Below are positions 10,235 to 18,841 of a DNA stretch of 39,381 nt, piece after piece. Numbering within the stretch: position 1 is the first letter of the stretch; every line of letters starts with the position of its first letter. Origin of the DNA: an uncultured bacterium. Its GTDB lineage: Bacteria > CSSED10-310 > CAZUFC01. The notes under the pieces are model-generated. The model did no database searches. It had not been told where the DNA came from and was given only the letters and a program-made list of their open reading frames with translations. The position numbers and the translations under genes are program-made. The stretch is taken from assembly GCA_964619725.1 (NCBI GenBank), contig CAZUFC010000082.1:1-39381 (forward strand), given 5' to 3'.

Positions 10235-10412
10235 GGACTGATCAAAACACGGTTACACTCCTTTCAAAACTTTTGAAAGTTTGTTTCAGTAATCGATATC
10301 GGGGTCGGTATCGGTATCGATGTCGGGTTCGCAATCGAAATCGCAATCGCAACAAAATGAGCAGATATTCTGTAGGATTGTAACCTCAAAAGACGCATTT
10401 TTAATCAATACC
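10235..10412 (-). repeat. Type 1 dispersed element, copy 2 (10 hexamer units)
   Basis: GGACTGATCAAAACACGGTTACAC ... (NNNTCG)10 ... TTGTAACCTCAAAAGACGCATTTTTAATCAATACC. Reverse-complement homolog of copies 1 and 5. Confidence 0.88.
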
Positions 10413-10457
10413 CTTTTTTGATTAAATATTCATGAATTCGTCATTATTGCCTGGTCT

Positions 10458-10487
10458 TAACTAGACTAGTTTAAACTATTCTAGTTA
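10458..10487. promoter_or_regulatory. 30-bp near-perfect palindrome, probable operator
   Basis: TAACTAGACTAGTTT|AAACTATTCTAGTTA (one mismatched pair), 4 bp upstream of a TTGACA -35. Confidence 0.65.
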
Positions 10488-10491
10488 TGAT

Positions 10492-10520
10492 TTGACATTT
10501 ACTGGGTTTTCAATTAACTT
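10492..10520 (+). promoter_or_regulatory. Sigma70-type promoter of the AAA ATPase gene
   Basis: TTGACA-N17-TAACTT, then purine-rich AGGGAGAG before ATG 10544. Confidence 0.6.
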
Positions 10521-10543
10521 AAAAATTAGGGAGAGAAGAAAAA

Positions 10544-11929
10544 ATGAAAAAATTCATCGGCAGACAAAAGGAGCTAAAGATGCTGAAACAGGCATACGAT
10601 TCTCCCGACAGTGTTTTTATCCCAGTTTATGGAAGGCGAAGGGTCGGAAAAAGCGAATTAATCATTAAATTTTTAAATGATAAACCCGGTTTGTATTTTC
10701 TGGGAAAGCAGGCGCCTGCGGAATTACAGATAAAAGAATTTTTACAGGAAGCGGCGGCGGCTCTGCAGGAGCCGTTACTGGCATCCTATTCGACCGCTAA
10801 TTGGAAGGAAGCGATTGAGTCGACGACCGGCAGATGGAAGACGTCTGAAAAATTGATACTTGTATTCGACGAATTTCAATGGACGGCAGCCTCATCGCCG
10901 GAACTGCCGTCAGTAATTCAGGAGCTCTGGGACCGTAAGTGGAGGGATGCCGGAAACATAATGCTGATACTTTGCGGTTCGTACATCGGTTTTATGGAGC
11001 GCGCGATACTGGGAAAGAAAAGTCCTCTATTCGGCAGACGAACGGGTCAAATATTTTTGAAGCCGTTCAACTACAAAGAAGCTGCCGAATTTCATCCTTC
11101 TTTCTCATTAAAGGCTGTAGCAGAGACCTATTTTATTTGCGGCGGGATTCCTTTGTATCTGCGATATTTCTCCTCTGATCGATCAATTGAGATGAATATT
11201 ATGGATAATTTTATGAATGAGTTTGCACCATTGTTCCGGGAGTCGGATTTTTTATTACGGGAGGAGTTGCGAGACCTGGGGAACTATTATGCCTTATTAA
11301 TGACCGTTGCGCAGGGATACAATACGCATAACGAAATATCGGCCAGTTCAGGAATAAAAAGGCAAAGCATTCATTATTATTTAACTCAGCTTTCGGAGCT
11401 CGGTTGGCTCAGTCGACGTTATCCGCTGACTGAAAAATCTCCAGTACAGAGGCACGTTCGATGGGTATTAGACGATCCGATTTTACGTTTTTGGTTCCAC
11501 TTCATTTTCCCCAACATGAGCTATGTATTGCAGATGAGTACGGAACGGGCTTTTAAAGATAGAATAGGACCGCACCTGGCTTCATATTTCGGATTATGTT
11601 TTGAGAGACTCTGCAGGGAAGCTCTACCTGTCATTTACGAAAGGGAGGGTGTGAAGACATCATACAAGATAGGCGAGTATTGGGACAGGAGAACACAAAT
11701 AGATATAGTTGGGCTGCGGGACGACGGCTGGACTGATCTGGGGGAATGCAAGTGGGGAAAGTTAAAATCAACGACAGCGCCCCTCGATCAACTGGAAGAG
11801 AAGGTCAAATCATATCCGAATGAGAGAAATGCGACGATATGCCGAAGAGTTTTCACTCTCAATCCTATGAAAAAGAAAAACAAGTTCAACTGCCGTTTTC
11901 ACAGCCTGGAAGATATGTATGCCGAATAA
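10544..11929 (+). CDS. Archaeal-type AAA ATPase with wHTH and C-terminal DUF234/PD-(D/E)XK-like domain
   Basis: FIGRQKEL start, Walker A GRRRVGKS, Walker B VFDEFQ, GGIPLYL, central HTH-like segment, C-terminal QIDIVG...LGECKW. Confidence 0.85.
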   Translation: MKKFIGRQKELKMLKQAYDSPDSVFIPVYGRRRVGKSELIIKFLNDKPGLYFLGKQAPAELQIKEFLQEAAAALQEPLLASYSTANWKEAIESTTGRWKTSEKLILVFDEFQWTAASSPELPSVIQELWDRKWRDAGNIMLILCGSYIGFMERAILGKKSPLFGRRTGQIFLKPFNYKEAAEFHPSFSLKAVAETYFICGGIPLYLRYFSSDRSIEMNIMDNFMNEFAPLFRESDFLLREELRDLGNYYALLMTVAQGYNTHNEISASSGIKRQSIHYYLTQLSELGWLSRRYPLTEKSPVQRHVRWVLDDPILRFWFHFIFPNMSYVLQMSTERAFKDRIGPHLASYFGLCFERLCREALPVIYEREGVKTSYKIGEYWDRRTQIDIVGLRDDGWTDLGECKWGKLKSTTAPLDQLEEKVKSYPNERNATICRRVFTLNPMKKKNKFNCRFHSLEDMYAE

Positions 11930-11951
11930 GACCGGGATTCGGCGCTTTACA

Positions 11952-12260
11952 GGCTGATCAAAAAGGGATGACGATTTTTGGGAATCGGGGACTGATCAAA
12001 TCGGGATTACGCTTCTCCCAAAATTTATGACAGTTTCTTTCAGTAAGCGGTATCGGGGTCGGTATCAGGATCGAGGTCAGTATCAGTATCAGTAATCGGT
12101 ATCGGGGTCGGTATCTCAATCGGGTTCGCAATCGCAATCGAAACAAAAAAAGATGGGAAAATCTGTCCAATTGTAACCTCAAAAGACTTATTTTTGATAA
12201 ATGCTGCGAATCACTCCTTCTCTTATCCCTGATGGTCCGAAATATGCGGTTGCGAGGTCT
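11952..12260. repeat. Type 2 element apparently interrupted by type 1 copy 3
   Basis: GGCTGATCAAAAAGGGATGACGATTTT precedes the type 1 copy and TGCGAATCACTCCTTCTCTTATCC follows it. Joined, they match 26538 (GGACTGATTAAATGGGATTACAATTTTCACGAATCGCTTCTTCTCTTATCC). Confidence 0.55.
11989..12205 (-). repeat. Type 1 dispersed element, copy 3 (~16 hexamer units)
   Basis: GGACTGATCAAATCGGGATTAC ... long GTATCG/GGGTCG/CAATCG tract ... TTGTAACCTCAAAAGACTTATTTTTGATAAATGC. Confidence 0.88.
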
Positions 12261-12307
12261 TTAAAATTGTTTTCAAAAATCATGATATTTTGTTCATCGC
12301 CCAAAGT

Positions 12308-12937
12308 TCAACGGTTATTCCATTTACGCATTATTTCATTGACTTCTTCGTCCGACACATCATGCCAATGCCGGTAAACCTGTGCGACTGCCTGAAAGAA
12401 GGGCGGCGTGTACAGTACCACGACTTCATCGACCAGCATTCCTATTTCATCGGCTACACGCTTGCTGGTGACGGGAGCTCCGACGACTATTTTACCGGGA
12501 TTCATGTTTTTACAAGTTTCTATAGCGGCTCGTACAGTCGAACCCATGGCGATCCCGTCATCAACAAGGATGACCGTTTTTCCTTCCATTTCCGGTAAAG
12601 GCTCGCCGTTTCTCAGTTCCTGAATGCGACGCTTGATCTCCTGCTTCTGATTTTCAATTATTTCTTTTATTAATCTATCCGGAATCCATGAGGATGCATC
12701 CTGAAAGATATACCGGCCTTCGCCTTCCGACAGCGCGCCGAAGCCGGCCTCCGGATTGTAAGGAAAAGGCAGTTTTCGCGCTACGATCAACGAAAAATCC
12801 GCATTAAGATAACGGGCAACTTCATAACCGATCTCAGCGCAGCCCCGTGGAACGCCCAAAACCAGGCAATCTTTATCTTTAAATTTCTCTAAGGCATAAG
12901 CCAGTTGAACGCCTGCGTCTTTTCTGTCCTCAAACAT
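12308..12937 (-). CDS. Type I phosphoribosyltransferase family protein
   Basis: FEDRKDAG start, GVPRG, PRPP-binding motif VILVDDGIAMGST. Confidence 0.85.
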   Translation of the reverse strand: MFEDRKDAGVQLAYALEKFKDKDCLVLGVPRGCAEIGYEVARYLNADFSLIVARKLPFPYNPEAGFGALSEGEGRYIFQDASSWIPDRLIKEIIENQKQEIKRRIQELRNGEPLPEMEGKTVILVDDGIAMGSTVRAAIETCKNMNPGKIVVGAPVTSKRVADEIGMLVDEVVVLYTPPFFQAVAQVYRHWHDVSDEEVNEIMRKWNNR

Positions 12938-13289
12938 AAATTCACCTTCTTCTGCATAACTAAATTTAACAGAATTCGCATTACTTCTTTTCTAAACATT
13001 TCTGTCGTCCCTCTCGGATTCTTCCGAAAGAAAAAAAGTGAAATAGTGATGCGAGTCTTGTTCAAGACCCTCTCCGTTCACCTCAGCAAAATTCATACCG
13101 GAAAAGCAACTGATTTTTTTCAATCATTTACGACGAATCCATAAGGTTATTCCTGTCGAAAAATTTAATAATTTAGAAATATTGCGAAACGCCTTTTAGA
13201 AATATTACAAATTTCGCAAGTTGTAAAAAGCCTGCCCGCCGGCATCAAGAGCTGTTCTGAAGCAGCCATGCTTTAATTTCAAGGGTCTG

Positions 13290-13310
13290 CGCAGGGCTCT
13301 GACCCCTTCG
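13290..13310 (-). repeat. Partial reverse copy of REP-like unit R
   Basis: Minus strand CGAAGGGGTCAGAGCCCTGCG matches the core AAGGGGTCAGAGCCC of the 34-bp unit. Confidence 0.6.
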
Positions 13311-13357
13311 CCAGTCCTTTACAGAAGGACATCGGCTCCTTCGCTGCCTCTTCCCCT

Positions 13358-14878
13358 TCAGAAATCGATCAGTTCAACTCGTTTTTTTACTATGTAATGC
13401 GGGGGCAGGTATTTTTCCAGTTTTTTAAACAAACGGTAGAGGATTCGACGCTTAATTCTTTTGGTGCGCACTCTGAAGGGGACGAACCAGCCGAAGTAGT
13501 AGAGGTAGAAGAGCGCTCTGGCGTAGGACTTTTTTCTGTTTTCAGCGAAGAACAGAATCCATGCGGAAGGAGTGACTGGTATGGTTCTCATTATGCGATT
13601 GAGGTAGGTCGGTTCATAGTAGAAAAATTCCCGGTTATAGACATGAGCGCCGTCGTCGGTAATTTTTCCTTCTTTTACGGCACGCTCGGCCAGATCGGTT
13701 TCCGGGTAGAAAATAAGAGAAACTATGCCGACGAATATTTTCTGTTTTATTCTGGACAGGACCCGGATGGTTTCCATCGTATCATCTTCGGTTTCATAGG
13801 GGTTATCGGTAATAACATCCACTCGCTGATCGACGATTTTATCTTTGTATTTCGCCAGTATTTCCATGCTTTTCAAAAACTGATCGACGCTTATTTTGCG
13901 GTTAAACACATCATAAGCGATTCGGCGGCTTCCCGACTGCAAACCGACGTGAACGCCCACCAGGCCTGCGGGTACGAGTTTCTCTATAACCGATTCTTTG
14001 ACCGCAGCGGGATTCGCCCAGCAGAAAAAGGGCAAGTCGATTTTTTCTTGATACAATTCGCAGAAAGCGTCGAACCATCGGTCTGAACCGGAGAGAAACG
14101 AATCATCCATAAAAACGAATCCTTTGATATAATCGAACCTCTCCATCGCCAACGTCATTTCCCGAACGAAATGTTCAGGGGATCGTCTCCGCAGATAAGG
14201 ACCGCCCGCTCTTTTACGCAGAGCATTATTGCAGCAGTAGGTGCAAGCATAGGGACAACCGCGGCTGCTGATAACATAATGAGCATCCATTATTCCCGGT
14301 ACGTAATTGCGCATGATGTCCGGAGTTAAAGCGACCACTTTACCCTGATGCATTATCCATTGCGTTTCAAGTCCGAAATCCGGCAGGGGGAAACGATTTA
14401 TGTCGGGATTACGGTCCGGCGCAGCATTACGGTATATCCCTCGATTGCTTTTCACGAAAAAACCTGGAACAGCGGACACATCACCGTCAGACTCCAATTT
14501 TTCGACAAACTGCGGTACGATATCTTCACCCTCGGTCAGGCAAACGTAATCCGACCATTCAATGCATTCTTCCGGTTTCAGGATGGGATGAATCCCCCCC
14601 GACATGACCGGCGCCGGCGTTCCCTTTCGCAATGCTTTCAACACCGGCTTGGATCGAGGTATATGGCTCGACATCAGACTCATTCCGATCAGTTCGGGAT
14701 TCCGGCGGCGGACGAATTCTTCTATTCTTTTTAAATCCTCTTCCGTCTCAAAATCAAGATATTCCCTCGGCAAAAAAAGAGTCTCAACTTCGTGCCCCTC
14801 CTTTTTCAAAGCAGCGCCGATTTGCCTTGTTCCGAAACAAACCAGCGTATTTTCCAGGGAAAGCAGCAGAATGCGCAT
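13358..14878 (-). CDS. B12-binding domain radical SAM protein
   Basis: N-terminal cobalamin-binding-like domain (GHEV...IGMS...GGIHP...EGE). SRGCPYACTYC CxxxCxxC; FMDDSF; GLQSGS. Start ATG 14878 with AAGGAG RBS (ORF track 14923). Confidence 0.87.
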   Translation of the reverse strand: MRILLLSLENTLVCFGTRQIGAALKKEGHEVETLFLPREYLDFETEEDLKRIEEFVRRRNPELIGMSLMSSHIPRSKPVLKALRKGTPAPVMSGGIHPILKPEECIEWSDYVCLTEGEDIVPQFVEKLESDGDVSAVPGFFVKSNRGIYRNAAPDRNPDINRFPLPDFGLETQWIMHQGKVVALTPDIMRNYVPGIMDAHYVISSRGCPYACTYCCNNALRKRAGGPYLRRRSPEHFVREMTLAMERFDYIKGFVFMDDSFLSGSDRWFDAFCELYQEKIDLPFFCWANPAAVKESVIEKLVPAGLVGVHVGLQSGSRRIAYDVFNRKISVDQFLKSMEILAKYKDKIVDQRVDVITDNPYETEDDTMETIRVLSRIKQKIFVGIVSLIFYPETDLAERAVKEGKITDDGAHVYNREFFYYEPTYLNRIMRTIPVTPSAWILFFAENRKKSYARALFYLYYFGWFVPFRVRTKRIKRRILYRLFKKLEKYLPPHYIVKKRVELIDF

Positions 14879-15155
14879 TAAATGCTTCTCCTTGACCTCA
14901 GAGCGAGTGAACATCCGTCGCAAATCATTTTAAAGCGGCTTTTCCCCCTGTCAAGTTCAAGTTTATCTCCTTGCTGCGGCCTTCTAAATCTGAAGCCTTT
15001 CGTAATATTGAGTTTATGTCCGGGCTGCGTTATACCTTTTTTATGTTTATGGGTCCATAGCTCAGGGAACGATTTTTGCTTCAGCCTGAGATTACTCCAT
15101 TCCGATAAAGAAGCAGCCGTTATGAGCGCTTTTCAAACTATTCTATTGTCTACGC

Positions 15156-16628
15156 TCAGTTTTTACTGGGAAAGAGTTCAGCAGACATTATTAAACAGAA
15201 AAAGAGCAGGATGATCGTCAGTCCCGTTTTATTCAGCGAAGGAATGGGTTTGGGAGTAGGCGTAAAGGTGAAGAATGTCGGAGTCGAAGTTGGGGTGGCG
15301 GTGGAGGGCGCCGTGGGAGTCAAGGTAGGAGAGTTAGTAATTGTAGGAGAGGCTGTCGATGTGGGAGAGGGGGTCGATGTGGGAGAGGATGTTGGGGTAA
15401 ATGTAGGCGTAAGAGTATGAGTGGGCGTCAGCGTTGGTGTAGGGGTATAGACGAAGCCGCTGAAGACGTAGGCTGAGCCTGATTCAGGGCCGTTGTCGTC
15501 ATTTTCGGGAGCTCCGGCAACGATGCGATCGTTCTGGATAGAAAAAGCGCCGAGTCCCAGGGAATCGTCTGCGGCAGCATCAGATGCCGTTATTTTCTTT
15601 TGCTGGACCCATGAACCTGCCTGAAAAATAAATGTATACAAAGCGCCCCGTCGTGAGAAATTTTGAGGCGAGGAGACGCACAAGTATCCCTCATGGATAT
15701 CGCAAGCGTAACCGAAAAAATCGTAAAAAGCATAATCGCCGGCGTAGATTTTTTGTTGTTCGGTCCACAAGCCGCCTTGTTGTTCAAATACATAGACTGC
15801 ACCGGTATGATCATCGACTCCGTAAGCGCCGATAAAGATCGCATCACCTTCGGCACTCGCTGAAAAACCAAAAAAATCGTTCGTTCCCGGATCGGAAGCC
15901 GTCAGCTTTTGCTGCAGGCTCCAGGAACCGCCGTCATAAACAAAGACATAAGCTGATCCTGATGATGAAAAAGGTTCCGAATCGTTGGGAGCGCCTATTA
16001 TGAGCAAATCTCCTTCCAAACAAAGGCCTTTTTTGCCGAAATGATCTCCTGAGTTTCCATCTGGAGCGGTTAATTTCTGCTCTTCATTCCAGGCGTTTCC
16101 GTCAAATTGAAAAATATATACCGCTCCTTTGTCGTCATGATTGGAGGCTGATATGGCCGCCCTGTTTCCATCGATATCCAGCGCCTCCCCGAAAAAATCG
16201 TCCGCGTCTCCGTCGGAAGCAGTCAGAACCTGCTGCTGGACCCAATCGCCCGACATTTTACGGAAGATATAAACCGCCCCCTGGAAAGAATTTTTTTGAT
16301 GCGCTCCTGCCATCGCCCAATCCCCGTCAACTCCAACCGCTGAACCGAATCTGTCCTCGTAAGACTTCTCGTCCGCCGTCAGCTTTTCTTCCAATAGCCA
16401 TACTGATCCGCTATAACGGTAAATATAAGCCGATCCGGAATTAGCGGCATTGTCGTCGTCAAACGGCGCTCCGACAATAATCACGTCGCCGTCCATATCG
16501 CACGCATAGCCGAATGAATCTCCCGCAGCTCCGTCAAAGGCATTTATTTTGCTCTCGACGTATGATGACGCACGAGCCGAACAAAAAATCACTCCTATAA
16601 TTAATAATCTTGTCGCATTAAGCTTCAA
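15156..16628 (-). CDS. Secreted FG-GAP repeat (beta-propeller) protein with Thr/Pro-rich linker and IPTL-CTERM-like sorting tail
   Basis: Signal peptide; ~7 repeats of LTASD...D.FG...VGAP...SG.AY.F; (TP)n linker; C-terminal IPSLNKTGLTIILLFFCLI. TTG start with GGGAGG RBS. Confidence 0.82.
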   Translation of the reverse strand: MKLNATRLLIIGVIFCSARASSYVESKINAFDGAAGDSFGYACDMDGDVIIVGAPFDDDNAANSGSAYIYRYSGSVWLLEEKLTADEKSYEDRFGSAVGVDGDWAMAGAHQKNSFQGAVYIFRKMSGDWVQQQVLTASDGDADDFFGEALDIDGNRAAISASNHDDKGAVYIFQFDGNAWNEEQKLTAPDGNSGDHFGKKGLCLEGDLLIIGAPNDSEPFSSSGSAYVFVYDGGSWSLQQKLTASDPGTNDFFGFSASAEGDAIFIGAYGVDDHTGAVYVFEQQGGLWTEQQKIYAGDYAFYDFFGYACDIHEGYLCVSSPQNFSRRGALYTFIFQAGSWVQQKKITASDAAADDSLGLGAFSIQNDRIVAGAPENDDNGPESGSAYVFSGFVYTPTPTLTPTHTLTPTFTPTSSPTSTPSPTSTASPTITNSPTLTPTAPSTATPTSTPTFFTFTPTPKPIPSLNKTGLTIILLFFCLIMSAELFPSKN

Positions 16629-16838
16629 TCAACCCTCCCAGCGAAACATTACTTCTTTTCCCATTCCCTTTTCTAAGAACCCTCCCCTTTGTGTATTTAC
16701 TGTTTTAACTATAAAAATCAAGAAATTTCATTCCTGAGAGTAAAAAGCTCGCAGAGCTAAAAAATGAGTTATTGGAGAAGCGCTCATCAGAAAAAGCGCT
16801 TTGAATAAAAACTCAGGATAGGATATGATCGCAAATGA

Positions 16839-18566
16839 ATGAACATGGGCCGTATATTCCCTGGGAATACACCGGAAACTCAAAAAATGGAAAACGCAGC
16901 AGCAAATGCTGAAAAAAAAAGCAATGACGGTTCTTCCAGAGCATCTCTGGTCGCGAAAAAACGAGTCGAATCAAAAGGAAAAGCATTGTCTCATAAAATA
17001 GCCTTATGGACGCCGGCGGCGGCAATTCTTGTTTTTCTTTTGGCAGCAACTTACGGCATCGGCATTACGGTTGACGAAGGCGTATACATAAGTTTCAGCC
17101 GTGACGCGGTCGAATGGCTGATAGAATTCATTCAAGGCATAGTTCAAGGAGAACCGGGACGCGCTTTGGGCCGTTCCGCCCTCTTTGAATACTGGGCAGC
17201 CAATAAGGAGCACCCGTCCATAATGAAATGGATCGGCGGTTTTTCCTATTTGATGTTTTCACCTTTTATGGACGCGCCGGCCTCGTACAGGCTGGGATTC
17301 GTCCTTTTATTTATGGCGACGTTATATTTCATTTATCGCTTCATGTCCCGGGAGTTTTCTTTTGAAGCCGGCTTATTCAGCGCCTTGTCTGTTTTGTTCA
17401 TTCCTTGTATTTTCGGATACTCGCATTTGGTAGTGATGGATTTTGTCGTCGCTGCTTTCGGTATTATGGCTGCTTTCAGTTGGTACTGGGGAACGAACAG
17501 CCGAAAATGGAGTATTCTGAGCGGTCTGTTTATCGGGTTGGCTTTAGCTTCAAAAATAAACGCTTTTTTCTTTATTCCTCCCCTTATAGTCTGGTCTTTG
17601 CTCTTTACAAGAAAAAAATCTGCCGACAATCTGTTTGCCCTGCTGCTCCTCGCTCCTATCGTTTTTATTCTCTCCTGGCCGTGGCTATACCACAATACAT
17701 TCGCCCGAATTTTAGATTATCTGACCTATCATCTGCATCACGAAATGCTGCCGGAATATTATTTCGGTCGAATATACAATGATCCTTCGGCCCCCTGGCA
17801 TTATCCCTTCGTTATGTTCGCTTTGAAGACGCCTTTGACCATTCTGGCGTCCTTGATCCTGGGTATCTTCTCCATTCTCAAAATAAAAAATCATAAAATT
17901 CATCTCAGAAGCTCACTCCATCTCCTGTTATTCTTCAACTTCCTGATTCCGATGCTGGTGCTTACTCCAAGGTCCATCCCCAAGTATGACGGACCCAGGT
18001 TGTTTCTTTCCTCTTTTTTGTATGCGGGATGCCTGGCGGGTTTGGGTTTATCCTGGTTTTACCGTAACATACTAAAGGCAATCGCCAAAACGAAAAAGCC
18101 CATCCGTCCGAATCTGATACTTGCGCTCCTCGCCGTTGTCGTATACGCGCTGCCGTTTTACGATATCATAACCCTGCATCCCTACGAGCCGTTTTCATTC
18201 TGGAGCAGACTGATCGGCGGGTTAAAAGGCGCCCAGAAGGCCGGGCTGGAATCGAACGACTGGGGCAACGTTCCTCCCGAAGCCGTTCATTATCTCAACC
18301 GAACCCTACCCCCAAACTCCTCCGTCTACAACAATACAGGCGCTTATGAGCCTTTAAGGAACTATCACATCTTCGGCATGCTAAGGAAAGACATACGCTT
18401 CACATCAGTCCGCGCCGATTACCTGCTGCTGGAAATAAACCAGAGCTGGTCCGACTGGGAACCATGGTGGGACCTCTATTTCGACAGATCGCCGGAATAC
18501 GAACTCGTAAAATCTTTTCGACGCAGAGGCGTTCCCTTGTTGAATCTTTATAAACGCAGACCCTGA
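16839..18566 (+). CDS. GT-C fold glycosyltransferase (GT39/PMT/ArnT-like)
   Basis: TVDE motif after the first TM, EHPS, many TM helices, GLALASK and PWHYPF. Start uncertain (16839-16887). Confidence 0.78.
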   Translation: MNMGRIFPGNTPETQKMENAAANAEKKSNDGSSRASLVAKKRVESKGKALSHKIALWTPAAAILVFLLAATYGIGITVDEGVYISFSRDAVEWLIEFIQGIVQGEPGRALGRSALFEYWAANKEHPSIMKWIGGFSYLMFSPFMDAPASYRLGFVLLFMATLYFIYRFMSREFSFEAGLFSALSVLFIPCIFGYSHLVVMDFVVAAFGIMAAFSWYWGTNSRKWSILSGLFIGLALASKINAFFFIPPLIVWSLLFTRKKSADNLFALLLLAPIVFILSWPWLYHNTFARILDYLTYHLHHEMLPEYYFGRIYNDPSAPWHYPFVMFALKTPLTILASLILGIFSILKIKNHKIHLRSSLHLLLFFNFLIPMLVLTPRSIPKYDGPRLFLSSFLYAGCLAGLGLSWFYRNILKAIAKTKKPIRPNLILALLAVVVYALPFYDIITLHPYEPFSFWSRLIGGLKGAQKAGLESNDWGNVPPEAVHYLNRTLPPNSSVYNNTGAYEPLRNYHIFGMLRKDIRFTSVRADYLLLEINQSWSDWEPWWDLYFDRSPEYELVKSFRRRGVPLLNLYKRRP

Positions 18567-18610
18567 TGCCGATCGAACCATCCGCCGGCCCGGCTCCGGC
18601 ATGAAGCATC

Positions 18611-18748
18611 AAGCATCCGGAAAGGGGTCAGAGCCCTTCGCAAACGCTTCATCAACAATAGTTCATTACTCCCCATCCTGCTTCCGCCATTAAGCTGCAA
18701 GCATCCAGGAAGGGGTCCATCCAAAAAGGGGGCAGATTCCTTCGCAAA
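18611..18748 (+). repeat. Two copies (one degenerate) of the 34-bp REP-like unit R
   Basis: AAGCATCCGGAAAGGGGTCAGAGCCCTTCGCAAA at 18611-18644. Degenerate copy from 18699 (AAGCATCCAGGAAGGGGTC...GGGGCAGATTCCTTCGCAAA). Confidence 0.75.
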
Positions 18749-18791
18749 CGGATTTTGTGGAGTGATGCTCATACGTAATTTAAACGAACTA

Positions 18792-18800
18792 TGTTATAAT
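18792..18800 (+). promoter_or_regulatory. Extended -10 promoter element
   Basis: TGTTATAAT upstream of the GGGAGG RBS and ATG 18842. Confidence 0.45.
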
Positions 18801-18841
18801 GAATCGACTTAAAAACCGTCGAGGGAGGTCTTACGCGGAAC

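Noticed and set aside
10235-12205. Integron attC sites flanking a gene cassette
   Set aside because: The GTTAC/GTAAC motifs are in the opposite order to attC (RYYYAAC...GTTRRRY), and no integron integrase is in the window.
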